A stretch of 64,000 bases of DNA, taken from a virus. Below, one piece after another: positions 49,839 through 59,840 of the stretch. Each line of letters starts with the position of its first letter. The first letter of the stretch is position 1. The notes under the pieces were generated by a model that worked only from the letters and a program-made list of their open reading frames with translations, was not told where the DNA came from and did not search any database. The stretch covers positions 32,001 through 96,000 of the IMG/VR virus record IMGVR_UViG_3300025072_002799; one strand, written 5' to 3'. Made by a program: the position numbers and the translations under genes.

Positions 49839-49891
49839 AATAAAGGAGTATTTTAATAACTATATTAGTCAATTAGAAAAAGGAAAATATT

Positions 49892-52537
49892 ATGGCTTGG
49901 TGGGATTTCTACAAATTATGGTCTTATACTAGAAGACAAGACCCGTTTTCACAAAAACTTCAAAACATAAACATTAGCGGTGCAGGCGTAACACAGCCTG
50001 ACGCTATACCAGATGTTCGTCAAGGTGGCGAATTCTGGAGTGGTTCAAAAGGAGTCATCCGTATGCGGGACTCCAATGATTTTGTTGATTTATCTACGGT
50101 TCAGAATCGCGTTTCTAGATATAAAGAATACGAACGATTAAGAGCAATGCCTGAAATAGAGACTGTAATGCAGATCTTTTCAGACGAAGCATGTGTGGCT
50201 GGCAATACTAAAATTGCCACCCTTGAGCATGGACTCAAGACAATTGCATGGCTTGAAGAACACAAAAGAGGCGAAAGATTCCCTGTTTACTGCTGGGATT
50301 TCTCAAAAGGAGATTACACAATCGGTTGGGCTTCCGAACCTCGTGTTGTAAAAGAAGCGGAGACAGTAAGAGTTAAATTTGATAATGGAGATGCAATTGT
50401 CTGTACCAAAGACCACAGATTCCTCTTAAGAGATGGAACATGGGCAGAGGCAGGCGATTTGGGCTTGGGATCTGAAACCATGCCATTCTACAGACTCAAG
50501 GCTGATACGTTCCTAACAGAAAATAAAAGAAGACAATTTCCTCGCATCTTTACATTCAAAGATGGATGGAAGCATGAGAGATGGTTTGTAAATCAGTGGA
50601 GAGATGGAGAGGTTGACCCACATACTCAAAAGTTGATGGAAATCATACAGATGATTGGTGCTGGGCTTAATACCCGTCAAATAGAAGCAAAGACAAGTCA
50701 CCAATGGTGTACAATTAAAAAATGGCTAGAAAAAGAAGGCTTTAATTGGAAAGACCTACAGATCCTTTACAAAAAGAAGGACCGTCGTAGAGTTATAGAT
50801 GTAGAGCCTTGGACAACTCAAAAGGTTTATGATCTCTCAGTTGAAAAGCATGAAAACTTCTGTACTGACTCTTGCGTTTTGCACAATTGCCAGAAAAATG
50901 ATGAAGGACATGTAATTGACATACACTGTTCGAATAAGAAAATAAAAGATGAACTAGAGTTCCTTTTCTACCATCGAGACATGTTGAACATCAATCGAAG
51001 GTTGTGGAGTTGGGCGAAAAATTTATTTATCTTTGGCGATTTCTTTATTGAATGCATATTGAATCCAGACAACCCTAAGGCTGGAATATTAAAGGTTCTG
51101 CCCTTACCTCCTGAAAGTGTATTCAGAATTGAAACCACAAAAGGAAAGTTGATTGAATTTCAACAAGGAAAAGAAGGTCCAGACTTCCAAGCGTTAACAA
51201 GAGCGCCTATTACGCAATCTACGGAGGCAGAACTTCAACAGTCAACAGCATTAAGATTCCATCCAGACCAAATCATCCATATGAAAATTGGCGAAGATAG
51301 AAACGCATTTTATCCATACGGAGTGTCTTTGGTCGAATCCGCAAGGGGTCCAGCACATCAATTGAGATTGATGGAAGATGCTATGGTCGTATATCGCCTC
51401 ACGAGAGCGCCTGAAAGACGTGTATTTTACGTTGATGTCGGTCAATTGCCTCCATTTAAAGCAGAAGCTTTCATGGAACGCATGAAAGACATGTATCGTA
51501 AAAAGAAGGTTACTGGAAGAGGAAACAGAGAAGGTGGAAATGCTGTCGAAGAAAGATGGCACGCACCCGCTCAAGATGAAGATTTCTGGATTCCAATTAG
51601 ACCAAATACAAACACTCGTGTTGAAACTCTCCCAGGTGCTCAAAACTTAGGAGAAATTGACGATGCAGTTTACTTTAGAAATAAATTATTCACCGCTTTG
51701 CAATTCCCAAAAAATTACTTAACTCAGGAAGACCCTGGACAGACAAGAATTACACTTTCTGCGCAAGATGTTAAATTTGCTCGAACTGTGGAAAGATTGC
51801 AAGATCCTATGACTGATGGACTAGTAGAAATTGCTCACAGACACTTGAGTTTGCGCGGGTTCCCAGAAGAAATGTTCGATGATTTGAAAATTAAAATGAC
51901 GCCCCCATCTGATTGGCGAGAGCTAAGTAGAGCGGAAGTTATTACAAATCGTTTGAACAATGCAAGTAATCTCAAGGGATCTCAATTAATGCCTGACTAT
52001 GATATTTATATCGACTGGCTTAAGTTAGCACCTGAGGAAGCAGAAGAAAAATTGTCTCGTCTTAAGATCCAAAAACTTGAAGATCTAAAACTTCAAGTTC
52101 TGGCTTCTAATCCAGCACTATTAGGTGTTGGACAGCCTGGACAAAGCGATATGGAAGTTGGGGCTGATGGAGCAGGACCAAACCCAATGATGGGACCAGA
52201 AGGGGGAATGCCACCAGGAGGAGAAATGGGTGGGATGCCAGGAATGCCACCAGGAGGAGGAGGAATGCCACCTGGAGGACCGCCGCCTACAATGGCTATG
52301 TCTGATGGTGGACCACCTCCTGTGCCAGGAGCAGAGGGACAAGATCCTAATCAAATGCCGCCTGATCCTAATATGCAAGATCCAAACCAGCAAATGCCAC
52401 AAGGACCTGGAACAATGCCAGCACAGCCAATAGCTTTGCCTGATGTCGAAAAAGAAGACATAAAGAAATATGATCTTGAAATTCAAGATTATGAGTCTGA
52501 GCAGGATGCTGAAGATGTTGATTATAGCGAAATGTAA
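49892..52537 (+). CDS. Portal protein (gp20-like) with intein and Pro/Gly/Met-rich tail
   Basis: 'QLRLMEDAMVVYRLTRAPERRVFYVDVG.LP..KAE', 'EDFWIP.R', 'TLPGAQNLGEIDD..YF..KL'. Confidence 0.95.
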   Translation: MAWWDFYKLWSYTRRQDPFSQKLQNINISGAGVTQPDAIPDVRQGGEFWSGSKGVIRMRDSNDFVDLSTVQNRVSRYKEYERLRAMPEIETVMQIFSDEACVAGNTKIATLEHGLKTIAWLEEHKRGERFPVYCWDFSKGDYTIGWASEPRVVKEAETVRVKFDNGDAIVCTKDHRFLLRDGTWAEAGDLGLGSETMPFYRLKADTFLTENKRRQFPRIFTFKDGWKHERWFVNQWRDGEVDPHTQKLMEIIQMIGAGLNTRQIEAKTSHQWCTIKKWLEKEGFNWKDLQILYKKKDRRRVIDVEPWTTQKVYDLSVEKHENFCTDSCVLHNCQKNDEGHVIDIHCSNKKIKDELEFLFYHRDMLNINRRLWSWAKNLFIFGDFFIECILNPDNPKAGILKVLPLPPESVFRIETTKGKLIEFQQGKEGPDFQALTRAPITQSTEAELQQSTALRFHPDQIIHMKIGEDRNAFYPYGVSLVESARGPAHQLRLMEDAMVVYRLTRAPERRVFYVDVGQLPPFKAEAFMERMKDMYRKKKVTGRGNREGGNAVEERWHAPAQDEDFWIPIRPNTNTRVETLPGAQNLGEIDDAVYFRNKLFTALQFPKNYLTQEDPGQTRITLSAQDVKFARTVERLQDPMTDGLVEIAHRHLSLRGFPEEMFDDLKIKMTPPSDWRELSRAEVITNRLNNASNLKGSQLMPDYDIYIDWLKLAPEEAEEKLSRLKIQKLEDLKLQVLASNPALLGVGQPGQSDMEVGADGAGPNPMMGPEGGMPPGGEMGGMPGMPPGGGGMPPGGPPPTMAMSDGGPPPVPGAEGQDPNQMPPDPNMQDPNQQMPQGPGTMPAQPIALPDVEKEDIKKYDLEIQDYESEQDAEDVDYSEM
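50192..50887 (+). mobile_element. Intein (232 aa) in the portal
   Basis: Block A 'CVAGNT', block B 'CTKDHRFL', block F 'VYDLSV..HENF' and block G 'VLHN' followed by Cys+1. Confidence 0.92.
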
Positions 52538-52582
52538 AAAAAAATTGGGGGGCGTAAAATTAAAATTAAAACGCCCCCCTTT
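52536..52582. terminator. Bidirectional terminator-like hairpin
   Basis: GGGGGGCGT...ACGCCCCCC stem flanked by an A-run and a T-run, between convergent genes. Confidence 0.7.
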
Positions 52583-52587
52583 TGATT

Positions 52588-54222
52588 TTAAAGATTAATT
52601 CCTCTCCAACTAGCTTGTTCTATAACTTCGTCATTGAAGTGTTCTTCGTCGAATTCATAATGTTCACGATCATCGAACGAAAATTTCATCGTACTTGCCA
52701 CATCGTGTTCATCTGCGTCGAAATTAGGGCTGTTATAAATTTCTTTCAATGAATCTACATTTACACAAAGCTCGAAAGGATATTCTCGCCCCTTCTTCGT
52801 AACTTGGTATCCATCTTTGAAAATTCTAACATAAAAATGTCCATCTAAATCTTCCAATTGCTTAACTGCATCACTATATTCAGCCGCTTGTGACCCCCAT
52901 TCCCATCCACGATAGGCAGCATCTTTTATGGCAGATTCAAGATCATCATCTTCCGCTATCTTCTCTTCTAAGCTTATATCATCATTCCAGAACTCTATAT
53001 CTCCATCTTTCTCTTTTTGATCTAGGTAAGATTCAATTTTCTTTATATTTTCTTTGCTCAAATTTCCAATAGCTTCACTCATGTCAACATCATACCGTCT
53101 GTCAAAATTCGGGTTATCAAGATTGCTTAAATTAGATCTAAAATTAGCCCCATGACCTTCAAGACCTTTTTGGGTGTCTTCCCAATCCGACCAACTATCA
53201 AGCACAACAAATCTTTCTTTTCCTACAGTCCTAACGTTTTCCATAGATGTGCCTGGGAACAGATTTTGTATCCTGCCCATAAGATCTTCATCATTTTTTG
53301 AAGATCCCATCAAATAATCAAAAGGCTGATCCATATAAGGCTTTGCTTTAATAATTTTGTTTCTAATGACTTCATCTAAATCATTCATTCCAAAATTAGC
53401 CTCTGGCATATATCCTCCACCTTTAATAGATTCCACATATTTCGACATTAACAATGGAACAATCGCTGGGTGAAATTGGGGTGATGGCTTGTGGTTTCCA
53501 TGCCCTTTCATCTCTCCAAGGACTTTATTATTCACAATAAAGGTCAAATGAACTCTATTTCCTTCATCCCTCAAAGAAAGTATGTTATCTCCTTCTCTTT
53601 CGCCAGCATTTCCGCAATGACCTCCTGCGTCAGCTTCATATCTGCAAGAGCCTCTACCTAAAGACAGCCATTTCCAACCTTTGAAGCCGGGGACTTTATC
53701 GAGGTTTATGATTGTATTCCCTTCACCGCCGGGAATTCTTTTTTTGGACGCCAACAATTCGTGCCAATGCTTGGAATCAGCACTCAGCATTTCTGGGGCG
53801 TATGATGGGTCGTTTAATTTTGATAGTGCCGCAGCGTTCCCTGTATTGATTGCGTTAATAAGATAGTCCCCACTTTCTTCCATCCAACGCCTTGCACTAT
53901 TGTAGCCTACAGCAGAGATAGCTCGAAACATCTCTTCTATCTTGGAGGGGTCTTTCTCTTGTTGAAGAGACTGTAAAAATTCATTATTATTTAAAGAAAA
54001 ATAGTGCAAAGACCAATACACGTAATAATTTACAAGTTTATCAAGCTGTTTTATGGCTGCTGGCTGCTTTAGAGCAGGGTATGCTGCCATTAAGTTGTTC
54101 CTATATTCCTTCCTAAGAACCTTAACTCCTGCAACTGGCCACTGTTTAGATGTTTTAAGAAGTTGCGAAATAGCCTGAGATTCTATTAAAAATTGTTTAA
54201 AATTAAGCTCAAGGGAAAACAT
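52588..54222 (-). CDS. PcfJ-like domain protein with capsid-targeting-like N-terminus
   Basis: 'E...GHCG....ILSLRD....H.T.......EMKG..N.KP'. The N-terminus contains 'LNFKQFLIE' and the ATG at 54222 follows the upstream stop. Confidence 0.6.
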   Translation of the reverse strand: MFSLELNFKQFLIESQAISQLLKTSKQWPVAGVKVLRKEYRNNLMAAYPALKQPAAIKQLDKLVNYYVYWSLHYFSLNNNEFLQSLQQEKDPSKIEEMFRAISAVGYNSARRWMEESGDYLINAINTGNAAALSKLNDPSYAPEMLSADSKHWHELLASKKRIPGGEGNTIINLDKVPGFKGWKWLSLGRGSCRYEADAGGHCGNAGEREGDNILSLRDEGNRVHLTFIVNNKVLGEMKGHGNHKPSPQFHPAIVPLLMSKYVESIKGGGYMPEANFGMNDLDEVIRNKIIKAKPYMDQPFDYLMGSSKNDEDLMGRIQNLFPGTSMENVRTVGKERFVVLDSWSDWEDTQKGLEGHGANFRSNLSNLDNPNFDRRYDVDMSEAIGNLSKENIKKIESYLDQKEKDGDIEFWNDDISLEEKIAEDDDLESAIKDAAYRGWEWGSQAAEYSDAVKQLEDLDGHFYVRIFKDGYQVTKKGREYPFELCVNVDSLKEIYNSPNFDADEHDVASTMKFSFDDREHYEFDEEHFNDEVIEQASWRGINL

Positions 54223-54223
54223 T

Positions 54224-54565
54224 TTATTCTCCTTCTCCTCCGCCATCTCCTTGATCCCCAGCATTGTCAACCGAAGATGGTACTATCTCATCATCGGGTG
54301 GTCCGTTTTCTTTGTTGTTTGCTCCAGAGACATCGCCTAATCCCTTCTCAGAATCTTCTAATTCCCTATTTATTTCCTCATCTCCAAGGCTTTTAAGAAA
54401 GTCAACAGTCTTGTTTTTATATCCCTTTTTGACCGCCAATTCTATAACACTATTGAGACAATCTGAATTTTCATTCGCTGTCTCTATTCTCTGATCATTG
54501 TTCTGGAACTCGTCATTTTCATATAAACAGTCCATTGAGACAACGTATTGCGTAAAGGATTTCAT
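54224..54565 (-). CDS. Small acidic protein with capsid-targeting-like N-terminus
   Basis: Starts MKSFTQYV...LYE. Confidence 0.55.
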   Translation of the reverse strand: MKSFTQYVVSMDCLYENDEFQNNDQRIETANENSDCLNSVIELAVKKGYKNKTVDFLKSLGDEEINRELEDSEKGLGDVSGANNKENGPPDDEIVPSSVDNAGDQGDGGGEGE

Positions 54566-54712
54566 AGTATTTCCGTTCGTTTTTGGGCTTACATGCATAC
54601 TATATATGTAGCGAAAGTTTTGGTATTAAATTAATATTCATAAAAACACGCACAAATTAAAACACAGTTGCTTTAATATATTGAAAACAATCCGGCGAGG
54701 AGTTAAAAAGCT

Positions 54713-56566
54713 ATGAAAAGAACGCTTATAAATTTTGACGTGCTGAAGCGCATGGAAGAGGACTCCTTATCATCAGCAGAGGCAGAATTGGCCTTAGCCG
54801 AAGATATTGTAAGTTCCGCCCTAGATCAGGACATTTCTGGTCTGCACAGTTTCACTCGTGAAGAAGTCATTTACGAAACAAGAGATGGTAACTTCATACA
54901 CGCAAATTACAAAATCGACAACGATAGCATTTTGCTTGAGAATATCGAAGAACTTGTAATTGATGAAGAATCAGAAAAACAAGAGGCAAGACAAGCACTT
55001 GCTAAAATGGTTGAAATGATATTAGACGGAAAGGATGAAGAAGCAAGCGAAGCGTTTGCTGAATACATCAACCTACCTTTCGTTGAAAGATCTTTCAACG
55101 AAGGCTTTAAGGTCGTAAAGTCCAATCCAACAGGAGGTCGAAGCAAGCTTTTCGGCAAGAAGCAATCTACTTCATTGATTAATGCCAGAACAAGAGGCAG
55201 AAAGAAGTCTTTGGCAAAAAGAAGCCCAGGTCAAAAAGCTGCTGCAAAGCGTGCAAGAGACAGAGTTAAGGGCAGTCTTGGCGGAAACAAGAGAGCAAGA
55301 GCTATCTTGCGTTGGGACAAGCCAAAGAAGAAAAAGATGGTCAGCGAATGTTTGAACCTGTGTGAAAGCGTTACAGATTACATCAACTATCGCGAGTTTG
55401 GACCTGTATTGGACATTGTTCAATCAAGACTTGATGAAAGCAGTAATGTCGAAGCGTTGAAAATTCCTACTTACAAAGTAAGAAACGAAGCTAGAATTCT
55501 TAGCTTCAACTGGAAAACTTTGGATCACAAAGTTAAAAGACATCGCAGTGCTGGCAAAAACCTATCTGAAGACAACAACTTCTGCAAAGCAGTTGCCGAT
55601 CTAAAGAGAAGTAATGCAATTTCCGACATGGACGCAATCGAAGAATCCATTGACACAATCGTGGCACAATGGGCAAACGTTCTTTACTTAACTCAAAATG
55701 AGTTGTCCAACATCATCGGTGAAGCACTTCACACGACTGGTGCTAAAAATTATGACGACGACATGTGCAACTTCATGGCTGAGGGAATCCTCAGAAAAGC
55801 TCACGAAGCTTATACCGAAAAAGTTGACACAATCACAAAGTTGTCTGGGACTACTCTTAAGTCAGAAGAAAATCAAGACGCTTACGAACAATTCCGTGGT
55901 TTGGTAGATGGTTTTTATCCGACCCTTGACGAAAACGCTTCTAACGAAATGCAGGTCTTTGTTGACCTTTATAATGCAGTTCGTGACGTACACGAAGAAG
56001 CAGTAAGTCAACGAAACGATTTTGTTGCAGAGGAAGCCGAAGATCATCTAAGAGAACTTGGTGCAGTTGTTTCACAACAAATAAATCCTGATATTGAGCT
56101 TGCTGAAGAAGTAAGCGATTGGCTTTATGACTTGCTAGAAACCAACTTGGGAAGTAGCGACTGGAATGTGAGCAATAAGCCTCATATGACAGTAAGTGGC
56201 GACCACCCAGATATGGCTAAGAAAGCTTCTCAAGGATACTCTCCTAAGGGCGACTTCTCTGGCGACTGGGGAGATTCTGCTCCTGTAAGCGATGGCAAGA
56301 GTTACAAAAATGGTCTTGCTGACCAAATGAGAAATAGATCATGGGGAAATGTTGGCGACAACACAGACCCAGGAATCAGCAATCCATACATCCCAGCAGG
56401 TGGAGATTTCACCATGAAGGGAGAGCCTGGAGTTGACAAGTCTCAAGACGGACTTGTTTACAAGTCTGGCAACACTTGGCCAGAACTTCAAAACCCATAC
56501 AGTCCTTCAGCACCGGGTGCAGATGGATGGAGAATGAAGTCCGACAACTTAGTTATTGATCAATAA
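54713..56566 (+). CDS. Prohead core protein (gp67/gp68-like position)
   Basis: Lies immediately upstream of the protease gene. It is acidic with many L/I-x-E sites and one Arg/Lys-rich segment. Confidence 0.6.
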   Translation: MKRTLINFDVLKRMEEDSLSSAEAELALAEDIVSSALDQDISGLHSFTREEVIYETRDGNFIHANYKIDNDSILLENIEELVIDEESEKQEARQALAKMVEMILDGKDEEASEAFAEYINLPFVERSFNEGFKVVKSNPTGGRSKLFGKKQSTSLINARTRGRKKSLAKRSPGQKAAAKRARDRVKGSLGGNKRARAILRWDKPKKKKMVSECLNLCESVTDYINYREFGPVLDIVQSRLDESSNVEALKIPTYKVRNEARILSFNWKTLDHKVKRHRSAGKNLSEDNNFCKAVADLKRSNAISDMDAIEESIDTIVAQWANVLYLTQNELSNIIGEALHTTGAKNYDDDMCNFMAEGILRKAHEAYTEKVDTITKLSGTTLKSEENQDAYEQFRGLVDGFYPTLDENASNEMQVFVDLYNAVRDVHEEAVSQRNDFVAEEAEDHLRELGAVVSQQINPDIELAEEVSDWLYDLLETNLGSSDWNVSNKPHMTVSGDHPDMAKKASQGYSPKGDFSGDWGDSAPVSDGKSYKNGLADQMRNRSWGNVGDNTDPGISNPYIPAGGDFTMKGEPGVDKSQDGLVYKSGNTWPELQNPYSPSAPGADGWRMKSDNLVIDQ

Positions 56567-56574
56567 GGAGTAGC

Positions 56575-57276
56575 ATGAATCACTTGCTAGAATATGGCGT
56601 TGGTGAAAGCTCAATGCTACTCGTTGACTGTTGTGCCAGTGGAACTGACTTTCAATATGAACTTATTGAAAGTAATAGTTCCAACGGAAACTCAAAGTTC
56701 CGTGGAAAATTGCAAGAGGCAGACGCAGTTAACAAAAACAAAAGAATGTATCCTTTTGACGTGCTTAACAGCAATGTTTCAAGGTTGAATGAAGTGGTTG
56801 ATGCAAGGGGTTTGATTGGTGAGTTAGATCATCCGTCAGATTCCATCATCCACTTTGAAAAAGCTTCTCACTTAATTACTAAGTTATGGTGGGAAAACAA
56901 AGTCTTGATGGGTGAAGGAGAAATCCTTAATACCCCTCATGGAAAGGTTTTGAAAAGCCTCATGGAAAGCGGTGTCCGTATTGGCATGAGCAGCAGAGGC
57001 GTAGGAAACGGAACTTCAAATGAAAGTGGAGTTTTCGTTATTGGAGAAAGTTATAAGTTGATAACTTTCGATGCTGTAGCAGACCCAAGTACGTTTGCTG
57101 CTTTCCAAGAAAAGGTGGTAAAAGGCAAGCAAGAGAGTATTGCTTCGCAAAATATCACAGTTGAGTCGCCCAAAAATGAAGCCACGCGCATAGATATTAA
57201 CAAAGATGTAGTTAAGGCTTTACTAGGCGGAATAATTAAAGAACATACCAAAGAAGCAAAAGCGAGGTTAGGTTAA
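56575..57276 (+). CDS. Prohead core protease (gp21-like)
   Basis: 'NKNKRMYP', 'GELDHP', 'SH.I', 'TPHG', 'GMSSRGVG' and 'FD.VADPS'. Confidence 0.95.
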   Translation: MNHLLEYGVGESSMLLVDCCASGTDFQYELIESNSSNGNSKFRGKLQEADAVNKNKRMYPFDVLNSNVSRLNEVVDARGLIGELDHPSDSIIHFEKASHLITKLWWENKVLMGEGEILNTPHGKVLKSLMESGVRIGMSSRGVGNGTSNESGVFVIGESYKLITFDAVADPSTFAAFQEKVVKGKQESIASQNITVESPKNEATRIDINKDVVKALLGGIIKEHTKEAKARLG

Positions 57277-58208
57277 TGGACAAAATCATTGAGGCTCTTA
57301 CAAAGTTGCTTCCTGAAGATCAAGTGAGTGAAGTTTCCGAAGCTGTTACTGACATGATTGATGAATCAAAAGAGGAGCTTAACAAAGAGTACAACGATAA
57401 GCTAGAAGAAGCTTACGCTCAGCTTTCCAAAGAGCTAAAAGACGCCGAATCTGTCGCGGTTCAGGGCTATGAAGAAGCTTACGGAATCATCAATGATTTG
57501 CGTAATCGCCTTGAAATGCAGCGAGAGGAATACGAGGCCGCTCTTAAAGAAGGCTACCAAGAAGCATACGATATGCTTGTTGATGAGCGTGGCAAAAATG
57601 AAAATCTTGAAGTTGGTGTTTACGAAGAATACGAAGAAAAGCTTGGCGAAATGAAAGGCTACATCGTTGACAAAGTAGACCAATTTCTACACTACAAAGG
57701 TCAGGAAATTTACGAGAACGCTAAGCGAGATGTGCTAAGCGACCCACGTATGGCTGAACACAAAGTCGTGCTTGATAAAATCGTAGACTTGACTTCAGGT
57801 TACTTGTCTGAAGAAGAAGCAGTCTTGGCAACTAGCGCTAAGCTAGATAATGCAAACAAGATTGTTGAAGAACTAAAAGGACACAAGAAAATTCTTGAAT
57901 CCAAAGTTGTCAGACTAGACAGAGAAAGAAAAGAGCTTACGGAAGCTGTTGCTGTTGGTTCAAAGTTGTTGGCTGAAGCTAATGACAACCAAGAGTCAGT
58001 TGTTCTTGAGCAAAAAGAAAGAATACAGAAAGCTAAGGACATAGAAGGAAAAGGTAGTGGACACAATGGTCCGGTAGAAGTTATTGCCGAACACAATGAA
58101 GCCACTTCAGATAATGCCGACCAGAACGAAGACACTATCGTAGAAAGTGTTGGAGGAATTGATCTAGATCAACTCGCCGTACTTTCTGGTCTTAAAAAAG
58201 AAAACTAA
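57276..58208 (+). CDS. Prohead scaffolding protein (gp22-like)
   Basis: Acidic coiled coil between the protease and capsid genes, ending 'LAVLSGLK'. Confidence 0.8.
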   Translation: MDKIIEALTKLLPEDQVSEVSEAVTDMIDESKEELNKEYNDKLEEAYAQLSKELKDAESVAVQGYEEAYGIINDLRNRLEMQREEYEAALKEGYQEAYDMLVDERGKNENLEVGVYEEYEEKLGEMKGYIVDKVDQFLHYKGQEIYENAKRDVLSDPRMAEHKVVLDKIVDLTSGYLSEEEAVLATSAKLDNANKIVEELKGHKKILESKVVRLDRERKELTEAVAVGSKLLAEANDNQESVVLEQKERIQKAKDIEGKGSGHNGPVEVIAEHNEATSDNADQNEDTIVESVGGIDLDQLAVLSGLKKEN

Positions 58209-58233
58209 ATTAGATTCATAGAGGTATATTATT

Positions 58234-59688
58234 ATGATGAGTGCTAACTCCGCGTTCCTAAACGAAGCAAAGGAACTAGAGAAGCGCTGGGCGAAGACGA
58301 ATCTTCTTGAGGGCATTGACAACACATATGTTCGCAAGACGGCTTCTGTTCTTCTAGAAAATCAGCGTTTAATGAACGAGGTTTCCACCGATACTGGAGA
58401 CGTTGCTCAATTTAAGAGAATCAGCATCCCGTTGGTTCGCAGAATTTATCCCCAGTTGATCGCAAACAAGATCGTATCAGTTCAGCCACTACTTGGCCCA
58501 ACTGGCTTGGTCTACTACTTGCGTTTCCGCTACTCCAGCAACAAGGGTGCCATCCGTGGTGCAGATAACAATGCTGGATTCCCAGGTGATGACGCTAACT
58601 CCTTGCAGCAACTTGCAAGTGGTGACGCTAACTTGGACATTTTCTACAGTCATCAGTTCGTACAGAACGAAACCAGCAGCACTGATGCTGGTGGAACCGC
58701 TTCTGGTCACGTTTCTGTGTTTGCTCCCCTAGAGCATACTCCAGTTTTGGCTGGAACAATGACTGGAACTTTGTTCCGTGGTGCTACTGCTGTTCAGACT
58801 TTCGTAGTCGCCAGCGATGGAACCTACACCTTTACCGACATCGGTGCCCCAACCATTCAGGCTGTTAGCGGTACTCTTGATGTCAACACTGGCGAAATGA
58901 CTTTGACTTGGGACACCGATGGTGATCCAACTGCAAACCATGTTGTCGTGTCTTACGAATACAATCTTGAATGTCAGCAAGACCTTCCTGAAATCAACCT
59001 AGTTGTTGAAAGTGAAGAGATTGCAGCCAAGACTCGTAAGCTAAAGGCTGTTTGGTCATACGAAGCTCAACAAGACCTTCGTTCACAGCACAACCTCGAT
59101 GCCGAAGCTGAATTGACTGCCGTACTCGCGCAGGAAATCAACCTTGAAATCGACCGTGAAGTCTTGACTGACTTGCGTAACAATGCTGGAACCGTGGCGA
59201 CATGGGACTTCAACACCGCTTTGGGTGACACAATCAAAGAAAAGTATGAAGCTCTTTACGTGAAAATCGTAGAAGTTTCAAACGTCGTACACCGTAAGAC
59301 TCTACGTGGTGGTTGTAACTGGATCGTAACTTCTCCTGAAGTTGCTTCGATCTTCGAAACAGCAACCGCAGGTTTTGCTCCTGCTTCAAGTGAAACTTTC
59401 ACTTCCAGCTTGGGTATCCAGTACGTCGGTACTATCAACAACCGTTGGAGATTGTACAAAGATCCATTGTTCCCAACCGGACAATTGCTAATGGGTTACA
59501 AGGGCGACTCTTACATGGATAGTGGATACTTCTACTGCCCATACGTGCCGCTAACACAAACCCCAGTAGTCTTGGACCCAGAATCCTTTTGCCCACGCAA
59601 AGGAATTTTGACGCGCTATGGCAAGAAATTGCTTAGAGAAGGTGCCAAATTCTACGCGAGAGTCACGATTGCTAATTTTGTTATATGA
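58234..59688 (+). CDS. Major capsid protein (gp23-like)
   Basis: 'PLVRR..P.LIA..IVSVQP..GPTG', 'KTRKLKA.W..E..QDL...H..DAE', 'EIDRE' and 'FYCPYVPL'. Confidence 0.97.
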   Translation: MMSANSAFLNEAKELEKRWAKTNLLEGIDNTYVRKTASVLLENQRLMNEVSTDTGDVAQFKRISIPLVRRIYPQLIANKIVSVQPLLGPTGLVYYLRFRYSSNKGAIRGADNNAGFPGDDANSLQQLASGDANLDIFYSHQFVQNETSSTDAGGTASGHVSVFAPLEHTPVLAGTMTGTLFRGATAVQTFVVASDGTYTFTDIGAPTIQAVSGTLDVNTGEMTLTWDTDGDPTANHVVVSYEYNLECQQDLPEINLVVESEEIAAKTRKLKAVWSYEAQQDLRSQHNLDAEAELTAVLAQEINLEIDREVLTDLRNNAGTVATWDFNTALGDTIKEKYEALYVKIVEVSNVVHRKTLRGGCNWIVTSPEVASIFETATAGFAPASSETFTSSLGIQYVGTINNRWRLYKDPLFPTGQLLMGYKGDSYMDSGYFYCPYVPLTQTPVVLDPESFCPRKGILTRYGKKLLREGAKFYARVTIANFVI

Positions 59689-59732
59689 TTTTTACCATAC
59701 AAAAGTAAAGCAAGCGTAAGATTTTTTGAAAC

Positions 59733-59765
59733 AAAAACGTCCTCAGAAATGGGGGCGTTTTTTTT
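59733..59765 (+). terminator. Rho-independent terminator after the capsid gene
   Basis: ACGTCCTCA-GAAA-TGGGGGCGT followed by a T-run. Confidence 0.85.
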
Positions 59766-59785
59766 ATTTAAACAAAAATCAACGC

Positions 59786-59814
59786 TTGACTTACTAACTA
59801 AGGTATGCTAAGCT
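59786..59814 (+). promoter_or_regulatory. Putative sigma70 promoter with extended -10
   Basis: TTGACT-N17-TAAGCT with TG upstream of the -10 box. Confidence 0.5.
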
Positions 59815-59840
59815 ACAATGTTCAATAAAAAGGAAATATT

